A stretch of 64,000 nt of DNA from Scenedesmus sp. PABB004 (taxonomy: Eukaryota): positions 124,001 through 188,000 of the forward strand of contig JABVCE010000011.1 of NCBI GenBank assembly GCA_014905635.1, in the 5' to 3' direction. The notes under the pieces were generated by a model, which saw only the letters and a program-made list of their open reading frames with translations, was not told the origin of the DNA and made no database searches. The translations under genes were made by a program, and so were the position numbers. How positions within the stretch are numbered: position 1 is the stretch's first letter; every line of letters starts with the position of its first letter. Positions 49,901 through 59,929 of this stretch are shown here, one piece after another.

Positions 49901-50322
49901 ACGCCGCGCGAGTGCGTGGGGCTGTCGCCGCTGCCGCTGCTGCGGGGGCTGTCGGTGCCGCGCCCGATGACGGCGCGGCCGCTGGTCGCGGCGGCGCGCG
50001 ACTGCGGGCCCACGTGGGCGGCGCTGCGCGCGCCGGCCGAGCCGTGGCCCGCGTGCCGCCGCGCGCCGCGCCGCACCGGCTGCAGCGCGTCCGCCGAGGC
50101 CGCCTCCCACTGGTCCGAGGAGGGCTCGGAGCTGCGCCCCTGCGAGGGCGCGCTGGCGACGCTCGACGGCGGCTGCACGCGCGCGCCGGCGCCGCCGCCC
50201 GCCGCCAGCGCGCGGCGCAGGCTGCTCCGCAGCTCCGCTTCAGCTGCTCTCGAGCTCTCCGCGTCCCCAGGCCGGCCGCCAGGGCCTCCGCGCCCTCCCC
50301 CGGGGGGAGGCTGCTCCGCCAT
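43969..50322 (-). CDS. Large type II membrane protein: long Ser/Pro/Ala-rich N-terminus, TM, SEA-like domain with an RRxLL/RRL motif, Pro-rich linker, 4 CBM10-like repeats (cluster gene A)
   Basis: Start MAEQPPPG at 50322. Intron 45961-45850 joins ..VAALA/GVYKMAAW in phase. TM VLCVLLPLLAVLALAGGGIGIW. Four repeats ..DADGRLWGW....SCAFR at ~44009-44559. Stop at 43969. There are frameshifts in the GC-rich N-terminal exon. Confidence 0.72.
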
Positions 50323-50835
50323 CGCTGGCGGGTGCTGGGTGCGCGCCTCAGGGCCGTGCGGGGGCGCTGAGGGCGCGTGCGGAGTCCTGTGTGCTGCGAC
50401 AACTCATTTCTCGGCACGGGCGAGCTCCAGCGACGCGCTGCGAGCTGCGCGGGCTGGCGATGCGCGCGCGCGCGCAAACGGCCGCGGGCGGCAACGGGCA
50501 GGCGGAGCGCGTCGGCGAGTTTTCAAGAAGCTGGGCGTGGTCTCATGCGGCTGCGGAGGCACGGCGGGGCGCGGGGAGGAAAAAACAGACGCGCGCCCGT
50601 TGAGCTACGCCGCCGCCGCGCCTCGGCGCCGCCGCGGCGGGCTGCGCGGCGGCCAAGCTCGCCCGACGCACGTGAGTGTGTGCAGCCCGACAACGCGCGT
50701 CGGTGCGACCCCCGGCGACCGCGCGGACGTGCGCGCGCGCAGGCGCGCCTGCGCACCGGCGCCGCGCGCCGGCCCGCCCTCTGGCTGCCAGGCGGGCCTG
50801 GCCCAGGCCCGCACGCGGCCGATCGGCGCCGGGGG

Positions 50836-51190
50836 TGGCATCGCTCTGTGCCGCGTGCGCCGCCGACGGCGCCTCCGCGTGGCGCGCCGCCGCACCTCGA
50901 GCCCGACGCCGCGGCTGGCCCGTGTCGCGCGCGGGGCGTGCGCGCGCGGGGCGATTACACGAGGCCCGATCGACGGCACAGTGGCGCGCTGCGGGGCGCG
51001 TGCGCGCGCAGGCTGCGACCGCGCGGCGCGGCGCCAGGGCTCGGGTCGCTGGCCGCCCGACTGCTGTGTGCGGGGGGCGCACCGCAGCCGCAGGGCCGCG
51101 GCACCCGCGGCGGCGGCGGCGCGCACCAGCCGAGGGAGCCGCCGCCGGCCGACCAGGTCGCGCGGCGGCGCGCCGCCTGCACGAACGCGC
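50836..51190 (-). pseudogene. Inverted, degenerate copy of the SDR gene's upstream region plus exon-1/intron-1 fragment (start codon region deleted)
   Basis: 50923-51190 is the reverse complement of 53413-53674. It continues into acgggccagccgcggcgtcgggctcgag|gtgcg (ASRGVGLE + donor), matching SDR exon 1 GSRGIGLE|gtgcg. Confidence 0.8.
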
Positions 51191-51718
51191 TCCACTGAAC
51201 GCGGCGTAGAGCTGGGGGGCGCGCGCGGCCGGGTGGCGGTCTCCCCGGGGCGCGGCATTTGAAGGACCGCCCGCTCAGTTTTTGGCGCGCTTTTGCGACA
51301 ACGGCCCATCCCCGGGCGCCGCGCTCCAGAGAGCCCAGCTCGGCGGGGACCGACGGACGACGAATCACGCAGCTGCATGCAGGGCCGGGCGCGCGCCGGA
51401 CAGCAAGGCGAGCAGGCGGCCGCCACACGCAGCGAGCCGAGCGACCGGCGCCACGCGCGTGGTGGCGCGGAGGCGCAGCTCCTGGCCGGTTGGCGGCGAG
51501 CGGCGCCGCGACGCGCAAGGCCAGACAAGAGGTGGGCGACCAGCTGTCGCGCCGCGCAGCGGCGTGGACACGGCCCGCCAGCGCCGCGCCGCCCTCGTGG
51601 GCAGCGCGCCACTTCGGCCCGGCCCCCGATCTTGGTCCGCCCTGGTCCCACGAGCCCCAGGGGCGGCGGCAGGCTCGCTCATCCCGCCGCGCCCGCCCCG
51701 GCGCGCACAGGGCCCGGC

Positions 51719-52198
51719 ATGGCGCTCCCGGTCGTGGCCTGGGCGCTGGAGGGCGACGCTGACGAGGCGTGCAGCGCCAGCACCAGCTGGCTGCCAGCAG
51801 GCCTGGCGGATGACGGCGGCGAGCTGCACGCCGCCGCCGGCAGGCGCTGCGCCGGCCGGGTCGCCTGCGGCGCGGACTGCGCTGCGGGCTGGGCGGCTTG
51901 CCCCGGGAGGCAGCGCCGGCGCGGCGCGGGCGCGGAGCAGCGCCGCGGCGCGAGCCCGCAGCGCGGCCTGGCGCCGCCCCTGGCGCGGCGCCTGGTGCTG
52001 CCGTGCGACGACGGCGCCGACGACGAGCCCCGCGGCGGTGCGCCTGCGGCGAGCGGCCAGCTGCAGCACTGGCTCGCCGCCAGGGAGAGCCTCAGCCTGC
52101 GCGCCTGCAGCGCCGGCAGCTCGGGCGGCCGCAGCGCCGACGCCGGCGCGGCGGGCCTGCCGCCGCCCGCGTTTGTCTTGATCGGCCTGCTCAGCTGA
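51719..52198 (+). CDS. Hypothetical 159-aa protein
   Basis: ATG-initiated single-exon ORF with a GC3-rich codon pattern (MALPVVAWALEGDADEAC..FVLIGLLS*). No recognisable domain. Confidence 0.4.
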   Translation: MALPVVAWALEGDADEACSASTSWLPAGLADDGGELHAAAGRRCAGRVACGADCAAGWAACPGRQRRRGAGAEQRRGASPQRGLAPPLARRLVLPCDDGADDEPRGGAPAASGQLQHWLAARESLSLRACSAGSSGGRSADAGAAGLPPPAFVLIGLLS

Positions 52199-53412
52199 GC
52201 AGCTGTGCGCGCGCTCGCTCGCCGTGCCGCGCGGGTGCGGCTGAATAACACGCGCGAACGCGTGGGGGCGAGTCGTGGTCTGTCGCTTGGCATGCATTTG
52301 ATGCCGGCTGCGCGCGGACGGGAGGGGGGACGTGCTGCGTGTGCGGTGTGTGTGTTCCGGCCATGTGTGTATGTGTGTGTGTGTGATTGCGTGCACGTGT
52401 GGCATGGGAGAGCACCGCAGCCTAATGCACGCCGCGTGACCGGGCGCGCCGCGCGCGGGTGGGTGCTGGCGCAGCCCTGCGGCGGCTGGCCGCGCCCGCG
52501 CCCGCGCCCGCGACTGGGTCGCGACTGGGCGGTCGCGGGCTGACCGAGGTGTGCGCTCGTCGGCGGGAGCGCGGGGACCTTGCTCGGGCGCCGAGGCGGA
52601 GCTCCCCTCCGCCGCGCGCCGCCCCTGTTTTCATGCTCACGCATCACCCATTTGCAGGCGATGCCCGGCCCGGCCGCCTGCTGAGATGACGCAGCGCGCG
52701 GGGGCCGCAGCCGGCCCGTTGGCGAGTTGGTGGACACGGACGACAGGGCGACCACAGGTGGTGTTGCTGTTTGACCTCACTCCAGCGCCCGGGCGCCGCG
52801 CCTTGTCTGCGCGCCCGGGCCCTCCCCTCCCATGGTGACCAGGATGGGTCGAGTTGGTGCGGGCTGGCTTTGATTCCACTTGGTCCCCGGAGCTGCGCTG
52901 CGCTCTCGCGCAAGCGCAGGCATGGGTGGTCGCCGCTTGCGCGGCGCGGGGTTGGTCTTGGTCTTGGTCTCACCGTCGCCCGGCCCCTCGGCTGGCACGC
53001 TCCCCTTCCTCCTAAGGAGCCTCCTAAGGAGCCGCAGGAGCCTCTGGCTCCCTGATCCACACACACGAAGCGCCGGCGCGGACGGACGGCGCCGCGCGCG
53101 CCTCCCACCGGGAGCGCCGCGCGCCGCCCGCCTGCGGGCGCCCGCACGCACATAAAACGATTGCAGCAGCACAAGCGCCTGCCCTCGCGGCGCGCCAGCA
53201 TCGCGGGATCGCGGGAGCGGAGCGGCACTGTCGGGACCCCACCACCCCCTCCTCACTTTCCAGCCCAGGCCAGTCAGTTCACACGTGCGCAGCCTTTTCA
53301 GCCCTGCAGCAAACTGTTGATGGCGCGGTGTTGTAAATAAGCCTTTGCGCGGCGGCCCGTGTGCGTCGTCGAGCCGCGCTCGAGCACTCTCTGGCGCGCG
53401 CCCAGCTCGGCC

Positions 53413-53674
53413 GCGCGCTCGCGCAGGCGGCGCGCCGCCGCGCGACCTGGTCGGCCGGCGGCGGCTCCCTCGGTTGGTGCGCGCCGCCGCAAGTGCGCGG
53501 CCCTGCGGCTGCGGTGCGCCCCCCGCACACAGCAGTCGAGCGGCCAGCGACCCGAGCCCTGGCGCCGCGCCGCGCGGTCGCAGCCTGCGCGCGCACGCGC
53601 CCCGCAGCGCGCCACTGTGCCGTCGATCGGGCCTCGTGTACTCGCCCCGCGCGCGCACGCCCCCGCGCGCGACA
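53413..53674. repeat. Right arm of a ~260-bp inverted repeat (SDR upstream region)
   Basis: Reverse complement of 50923-51190. Confidence 0.92.
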
Positions 53675-53723
53675 GCGCACACGCAAGCAGCAGCTCGCGA
53701 CCCCGCGCCCCGCCGCGCCCGCC

Positions 53724-54842
53724 ATGGCGCGCGCCGCGGGACGCGTCGTCTTGGTCACGGGTGGCAGCCGTGGCATCGGGCTGGAGGTGCGTTGGCGCGC
53801 GCGCGCCCGCGCGGAGGCGTCGCCGGGCGCCGTCGGCGCGGGCGGCGCAGGGCGATGCCGCGGCCGGCCCGGGCGCGGCGGGCGGTCGCGTCTCAGCCAC
53901 TTCGCAGCTGCCGGGGCGTACGGAGCCCGCCCTGCCGCGGGCGCGCGCGTGCGCCGCCGCCCGACCGCCCCGCCGCCGCTGGCTACGGCCCCGCCGCAGT
54001 GGGTCAAGCAGCTGCTGGCGCAGCGCGACACCGTTATTGCCACCGCGCGCGACGCCTCCGCTCCGACGCTCGTGGAGCTGACGGGCCACGGCGGCCGGCT
54101 GACGGTGACCGCGCTGGACGTCGGCAGCGCCGACAGCATCCGCGCCTGGGCGGAGGCGCTCAAGGCGTCGGTGCAGCACGTCGACGTGAGCGCCGGGCGG
54201 GCTGCGGCGCCGCAGCCCCGCCGGGCAGCCAGGCGTGACGCTGGGGCCGCGCCCGGCGCCACCCCCGACGATCCCCCGCGCCGCCGCCGCAGCTGCTGGT
54301 CAACAACGCCGGCGTGAGCGCCGAGTCGTTTGACCAGGGCGTCGCCGACCTCACGCCCGACACGCTGGAGCGCGTGATGCGGGTCAACGCCTTCGGCCCG
54401 ATGCTCGTCGTGAAGGAGCTGCTCGCGCAGGCGCGCGGCGCGGCGCGGCGGCGCGGCGTTGTTGCTGTTGCGCGCGGCCAGCAGAGCCCCCGCGGTCGGC
54501 CAGCTGCCCCTGGGGCTGCTGGGCGCGAGCCCGCTGCGCCCTCGCGCCGCGCCTCAACCCTGCGCGCGCCAGGGCCTGCTGGGCGGCTACGCGCCGAGCG
54601 TCGTCGCGTTCACGTCATCCATCATGGCAAGCATGGGCGGCTTCGCGGGCGCCTTCCCCGCGGCCCGCATGTACGCGTACCGGGCCTCCAAGGCGGCGCT
54701 CAACATGCTCGTGCTCGCCAGCCGCGACGAGCTCACCGCCAAAAACATCACCCCCGTGCTCCTCCACCCGGGTGCGTGCGCGCGACACGGGCGGCCCGTT
54801 GGTCGCCCTGGCCCGCCGTCGAGCGCCGCGCACGCGTGCGGA

Positions 54843-54874
<32 letters not shown>

Positions 54875-55031
54875 TGCGGGGTCAGGGTACGTGAAGACGG
54901 ACATGGCGCCTCAGGGCGAGATCGACCCCGCGACGAGCGTGGCCGGCCAGCTGCGCGTGCTGAGCGCGCGCGATGGCCGGCCGCTTAGCGGGCGCTTCAT
55001 CAGCTACACGGGCGATGAGCTCGCGTTCTGA
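53724..55031 (+). CDS. Classical short-chain dehydrogenase/reductase, CsgA/C-factor-like
   Basis: TGGSRGIGLE, LDV, LLVNNAG, catalytic S..YRASK, LHPGYVKTDM and SGRFISYTGDELAF*. Five exons. Confidence 0.93.
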
Positions 55032-55557
55032 GCCACCCGGCCCACCGCCCCGCCTGGCTGGCAAGTGGCGCTGACGACGTCGGCGCGCGGGCGGCGCCGC
55101 CGCGCTGTCATGACTGCAGGGGCTGGGGGCTCTGTTGGGTGCACACCTGACCTGTGTGGACACCGCGCACAGCGCCGAGCTGGCGCGACACGCTGACCGA
55201 CTTGACCTAGCCTAGCCCGGGGGACACCGGCCTCGCTGCGCGCACCCTGCCCTCGCGGCGTGTGGCGGTCGCTTTTGACCCCCCGCGCGCGCGCGGCAGC
55301 AGCGGCAGCGGCGGTCGGCGTCGCCCTGTCTCTTGTGCTGTGTTGCCTGCCACTTGCAGTCGGCCGCAAGTTGCACTCGTTGCAGCAGTTGCCCCGAGCG
55401 AGCGCAAGTTAACGTCAAAAGGGCGCAGCCCTGCCGCGCGCGACCCCTGCACACGCCCGCACGGCCCCTCTCCTGCAAAGCACAGCAACAAGCCGCGCGC
55501 GCCCTGGCGCGCCAACGCCGCGTCACCCTGTCGCAGCCGGCGACACGGGTGCCGGTG

Positions 55558-58500
55558 CTAGCACTTGTCGTCCTCGTAGACCAGCGTGTAGCTCAGGCTC
55601 TTGAGCACGCTGCGCATCACGAGGCGGCGCGAGGCGCTGCTTCCGTCGCTGCTCACGCTCGCCGCGTCGTCGCCGGCGCCGCTGCCGGTGCCGCTCTCGC
55701 GCCGCGCGCGCGCGCGGCCGAGCAGCCCCGCCGCCCAGCCGCCCGCGCGGCTGACGGGCGCGCTCGCGGCGCTGCCGGACGACCGCGTGCTGCTGGGTGG
55801 CGGCGGCGCGGCGGCAGGGACGGGGACGGACCCGCCGCGCGGCGGCCAGGCCGACGGCGTCGCGGGCGGCAGTGCCGCCGCCATGTCGCCAGGGAGCGTG
55901 GCAGGCATGCTGGTGCTGCTGTAGATGCTGCCGCTGGCGCGGCCCGGCGAGGCGCGGCCCGGCGAGGCACGGCCCGGCGGGCCGGCCGGGCGGGGGCCGC
56001 CGCCGGCCGGCTGCGCCGGCCACGCGCCGTGGGCGGCGTCGGCCGAGCCCTCGCCGGCGGCAGGGCCCGGGCGGCCCGCGTGCATTGCGAGCTGCGCGTG
56101 GAAGGCGCCCGGCGAGTGCGGCGCAGCAGGGCCCCACTGCGCGAGGCTCTCGGGGAGGCTGGCGACGCTGCTGGCGCCGCTGTCGACGCTCGGCAGGAGC
56201 ACTGGCTGCAGCTGCTGGTGCTGGTGCTGCTGCCGCTGCTCGGGCGGCTGCTGTGGCGGCGGCACCATCCACCGCGGCAGGTCCTGCTGCTGCGGCTGTT
56301 GCGGCTGCTGCTGCTGCTGCTGGGGTGGCGCCAGCCACCGCGGCGACTCCTGCTGCGGCTGCTGGTGGTGCTGCTGGGGCGGCGGCACCATCCACCGCGG
56401 CAGCTCCTGCTGCGGCTGCTGCGCCGACTCCTGCAGCTGCTGATGGTGCTGCTGCTGCACCTCCCGGGGTGGCGCAGGCCCCCGCGGCGACTCCTGCTGC
56501 GGCTGCTGCTGTGGTGGCGCCGGCTCCTGCGCTAGCGCGCCCTGCGCGCGGAAGCTCTGCTCAATCACGGCGATGCGCGCCGCCAGCTCCGCGCGCTGCG
56601 CCGCCTCGGCCGCCGCCGCGTCGCGCTCGCGGCGCCGCGTCTCCTCGATTCGCTCGAGCGGCGTGCCGTGCCGCGCCGTGAGCTCCGCGCGCGCCGCCGC
56701 GAGGCGGCCAAACGTGGCGCGATACCGCGACAGCGTCACGCCCCCGGCGGCGCCGGCGGGCAGCCCGCGCGGGCTGGCGCCCGCGCTGCCGTGGGGCGAC
56801 TGCTGCTGCTGCTGGAAGCCAACCAGGGGAGCCAGCTGCTGCTGAAAGCCAACCAGGGGAGCCAGCTGCTGCTGCGGCTGCTGCTGCTGCTGCGGCTGCT
56901 TCACCGACCGCGGGTCGGCGCCGCCCCAGGTCTGGAAGGGGCCGCCCGCCGCGAGGCCGCTGCCGCCGCCGCCCGAGCCGGCCGGCCAGTGCGCGGCGGG
57001 TGCGGGCTCCGCCTCTTCTGGCGGGCGCCGCGCGCCGCGCCACGGCGCCGCGGCCAGGGGGAGCGCAGGCACTGCCTCCTCGGAGCCCGCGCGAGCCGCC
57101 TCGGCAGCGACCGCCGCTGCGTACGCCCGGTGAGCCGCCTCCTTCTGCTCGTCGACGCTGCCGCTCGCTGCCAGCAGCTCCGGCAGCGCGCCGCCCCCCG
57201 CCGCCGCGAGCAGCGCCGCGGCCTTGGGGTGAGGCTCCAGGTCTGCGCTGCTGCACTCCTGCAGGCCGCCCGACGCTTTCGCGGTGGCGCAGCCGCCGTC
57301 GCCGACGTCGCCGCCGCGGCCGCCGCCGCCGCCGCCGCGCGGCGTGCCATACTGCGCCGCCGCGGCCGCCGCGGCCGCCGTGCGCCTGCGCCAGCCCGGG
57401 TGCGCGGCGAGCCACTCGGCGGCCAGCTTGCGGACGAGCACGTTGGGCACCAGCGCGGCCGACTCCAGGTGCGTGCCTGCAAAGCGGCGGCGGCCGCCGC
57501 CGCGCTGCATCAGCCGTGCGGCGCGCGTTCGCGCGCCCGCCGGCCCGCCGGCGCCCGCCGGCGCCCGCCGGCGCCCGCCCACACACACGCACGCACCTGT
57601 GGCCGGGTCTTTCGCGTTGCCGCGGCTCAGCCACTCCGCGATGGCGACGCGCTCATACGTCTGGCCGCTGCTGACCAGCAGCACCGGGTCCTCCAGCAGC
57701 TGGCACGTGATGGGGCACAGCAGGTCTGGCGGCGGCGCGTCGCAGGCCTCCTCCTCCGCGCCGACTCCGTCGGCGCCGCCGCCCGGCTCGCCCTCCAGCG
57801 CCGCCACCTCCATGGCCTCGATCGCCTGCGGCGCGCGGGGCGAGGCGCGTGGGGCGCGGCAGCTCAGCCGCCGCCAGAGACGCCCACAGCCGCCCAGGCA
57901 GCGCCGGCGGGGCCCGGTCCGCGCGCCCGCGGTCTGCAGCGCGCCGCACCGCGATGATCTGCGCGACGTACGCCTCCTCCAGCACGCGCTTGTCCCGGTG
58001 CGCCGCCGCCATCTCCTGCCGCAGGTCTTCCACCTCCGCCGCCAGCGCCGCCGCGAGCCCCGCGTCGCCGGCGTCGTCGCCGCCGGCGCCCGCGGGCGCG
58101 GCCGCCGCCGCCGCGCCGCCGCCGCAGCCGCCGCGCGCCGCCGCGTCCTGCTGCAGCAGCGCGAGCACCTGCGCCAGCATCTCCTGGCTCTTGCCCGCGT
58201 CGACGCGGCTCTGATCCATGAGGCGTTTGAGCGCCGCGCTCTGCTCCTCGGCGGCGCGCACCGCGCAAAACGTGGCGGCGCGGATGTCGACCTGTATTGC
58301 CGACAGCTCCGCGAGCCGCGCGCCCGTGACCTTGGCCTTTTGGATGGGCACGAGTGACAGCGCCATGCACAGCCGCTGCGCGATGGAGTTGAGGCGCAGG
58401 TTGATGTCGTCTGCGCGCGCGGCGGCGCCGGCGGCGGCGGCGGCGGCGGCAGGCGGCGTCGGCGGCGCGCGCCCCCGCCGTCGCGCGCGCCCCGCGCCGC

Positions 58501-59301
58501 GCCGCCGCGTCCCCCTCGGCCGCCCCGCGGGCCGCCGCCCTGCGCCCCCGCGGCGCGCACCGGCGTTGATGAGGCTCCGCACGATGCCGAAGCGCGCGCA
58601 GTCATCAAATACATCCCCGACCTCCAGCAGCGCCTCGTGCAGCGCCTGCGGCGCGCGCGCGGCGGGTGGCGTCGCGGGCGCGGCGGACGCGGCTGGGCGC
58701 CGCCCTGGCCCGGCGGCGTGCGGTGCGCGGCGGCGCAGCGTGGCGGGACGCGGCGTAGCGCGCCCCCGGCCGGCGCGCACCGAGAAGGCGGCCTGCCAGC
58801 CCGGGGCGTCCATGTCCACCTCGTCCTCGGTCTCCATGAGAAACCTGCCGGGGCGAGCAGGAAACAGGCCAAGCAGCAGCCGGGGCTCAGCCAGCAAGCT
58901 CAGCAGCGCGCGCAGCGCCTGCGCCCGGGGCCGCGCGGCGCGCCGCCGCGCACCCCTCGACGCGGCGCACGAACGAGGCGAGCTTCTTGCAGTCGTCCCG
59001 GTAGCTGGGCGGCGCGGGGGGAGGGCGCGCGGTGAGGGCGCGCGGCGAGGGCGCGCGGCGAGGGCGCTGCGGGCGCCGCCAGGCTGCGTCTACCTCTGCC
59101 GCCAGGCTGCTGCTGTGGCCGCCACCAGGCTGCTGCCGCCGCCAGGCTGCTGCCGCCGCCAGGCTGCGGCCGCGCCCGGCTGCGGCCACCGCCGCCCCGC
59201 TGCCGCGCCGCGCCTCACCGCTTGACGTTCTTATACTTGAGGTAGACGCTGGCGCAGAGCTGCATCAGCGCGACGCCGCCGCTCACCGCGACGTGCGCCA
59301 T
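55558..59301 (-). CDS. U-box E3 ligase with an N-terminal helical (UND/MLKL-like) domain and a disordered Q/P-rich C-terminus; no ARM repeats
   Basis: U-box PPDLLCPITCQLLEDPVLLVSSGQTYERVAIAEWLSRGNAKDPATG/THLESAALVPNVLVRKLAAEW. N-terminus MAHVAVSGGVALMQLCASVYLKYKNVK/SYRDDCKKLASFV.. and EVEDLRQEMAAAHRDKRVLEEAYVAQII. Stop at 55558. Confidence 0.85.
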
Positions 59302-59929
59302 CGCGCCGCCGCAGGCCTGCCGCCGCCCGCTGCGTGCGAGAGCGGCGCTGCCGCTGTCGCAGCTGCCGCAGGCGCCGCACGCGCGCCGGGCGGTTGTGCA
59401 CGGTCGGGAGTCGGCGCGGCGTCCCGCGGAGGCGAGCGGGCCCCGGGAGGGGGCCTGCGGCGCGGCGCGGGCCGCGCGCGGGCCGCCGCTGCCGCTGCCG
59501 CCGCGCGGCGCCACCGGCGCGGCGTGAGCTGGCGCTGACCGCTACGTAGCGGTCTCAATCAGCACGCCGCCTCTGGCGGCTGCTGGACAGGCTTCGGACC
59601 GCCAGCGCGAGCTGCGTGCATGCGGGCGCATCGGTTGGCGCCGAGAGCGCGGGGGCCGCTGCGCCAGGCGTCCGCGCAGACGTGCAGCTCCGATCTGTGA
59701 GTGTGACCGCGGTGCGAGCGCGAGGGGTGCGCGCCGTGGGGCGGAGCGACCAGAGTGCCCTGGCCCAAACCAAACTCACACGGACAACAACCACGCCCCG
59801 CCCGATCGCCCTGCGACTCCGAGCTCGTTTGCGTGCTCGCCGACACGCCGGGCGGCGCACAGCGCGCGCGTCCCGGTAGCCGTCCTCCGCGGCCCCGGCC
59901 CCTGCGCGGCCGTCCGCCCCGCACCCGCC

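Noticed and set aside
52950..53040. Short tandem motifs (TTGGTC)x3 and (CCTCCTAAGGAG)x2 as an operator or CRISPR-like array
   Set aside because: Only 2-3 adjacent units with no spacers, consistent with replication slippage.
50923..53674. DNA transposon (MULE/MITE) with ~260-bp terminal inverted repeats
   Set aside because: There is no target-site duplication at the outer ends and no transposase. Homology extends into SDR exon 1, indicating a gene-fragment duplication.
59090..59170. Repeated GCCGCCAGGCTGC units in a U-box gene intron
   Set aside because: A short degenerate minisatellite without unique spacers; no evidence of function.
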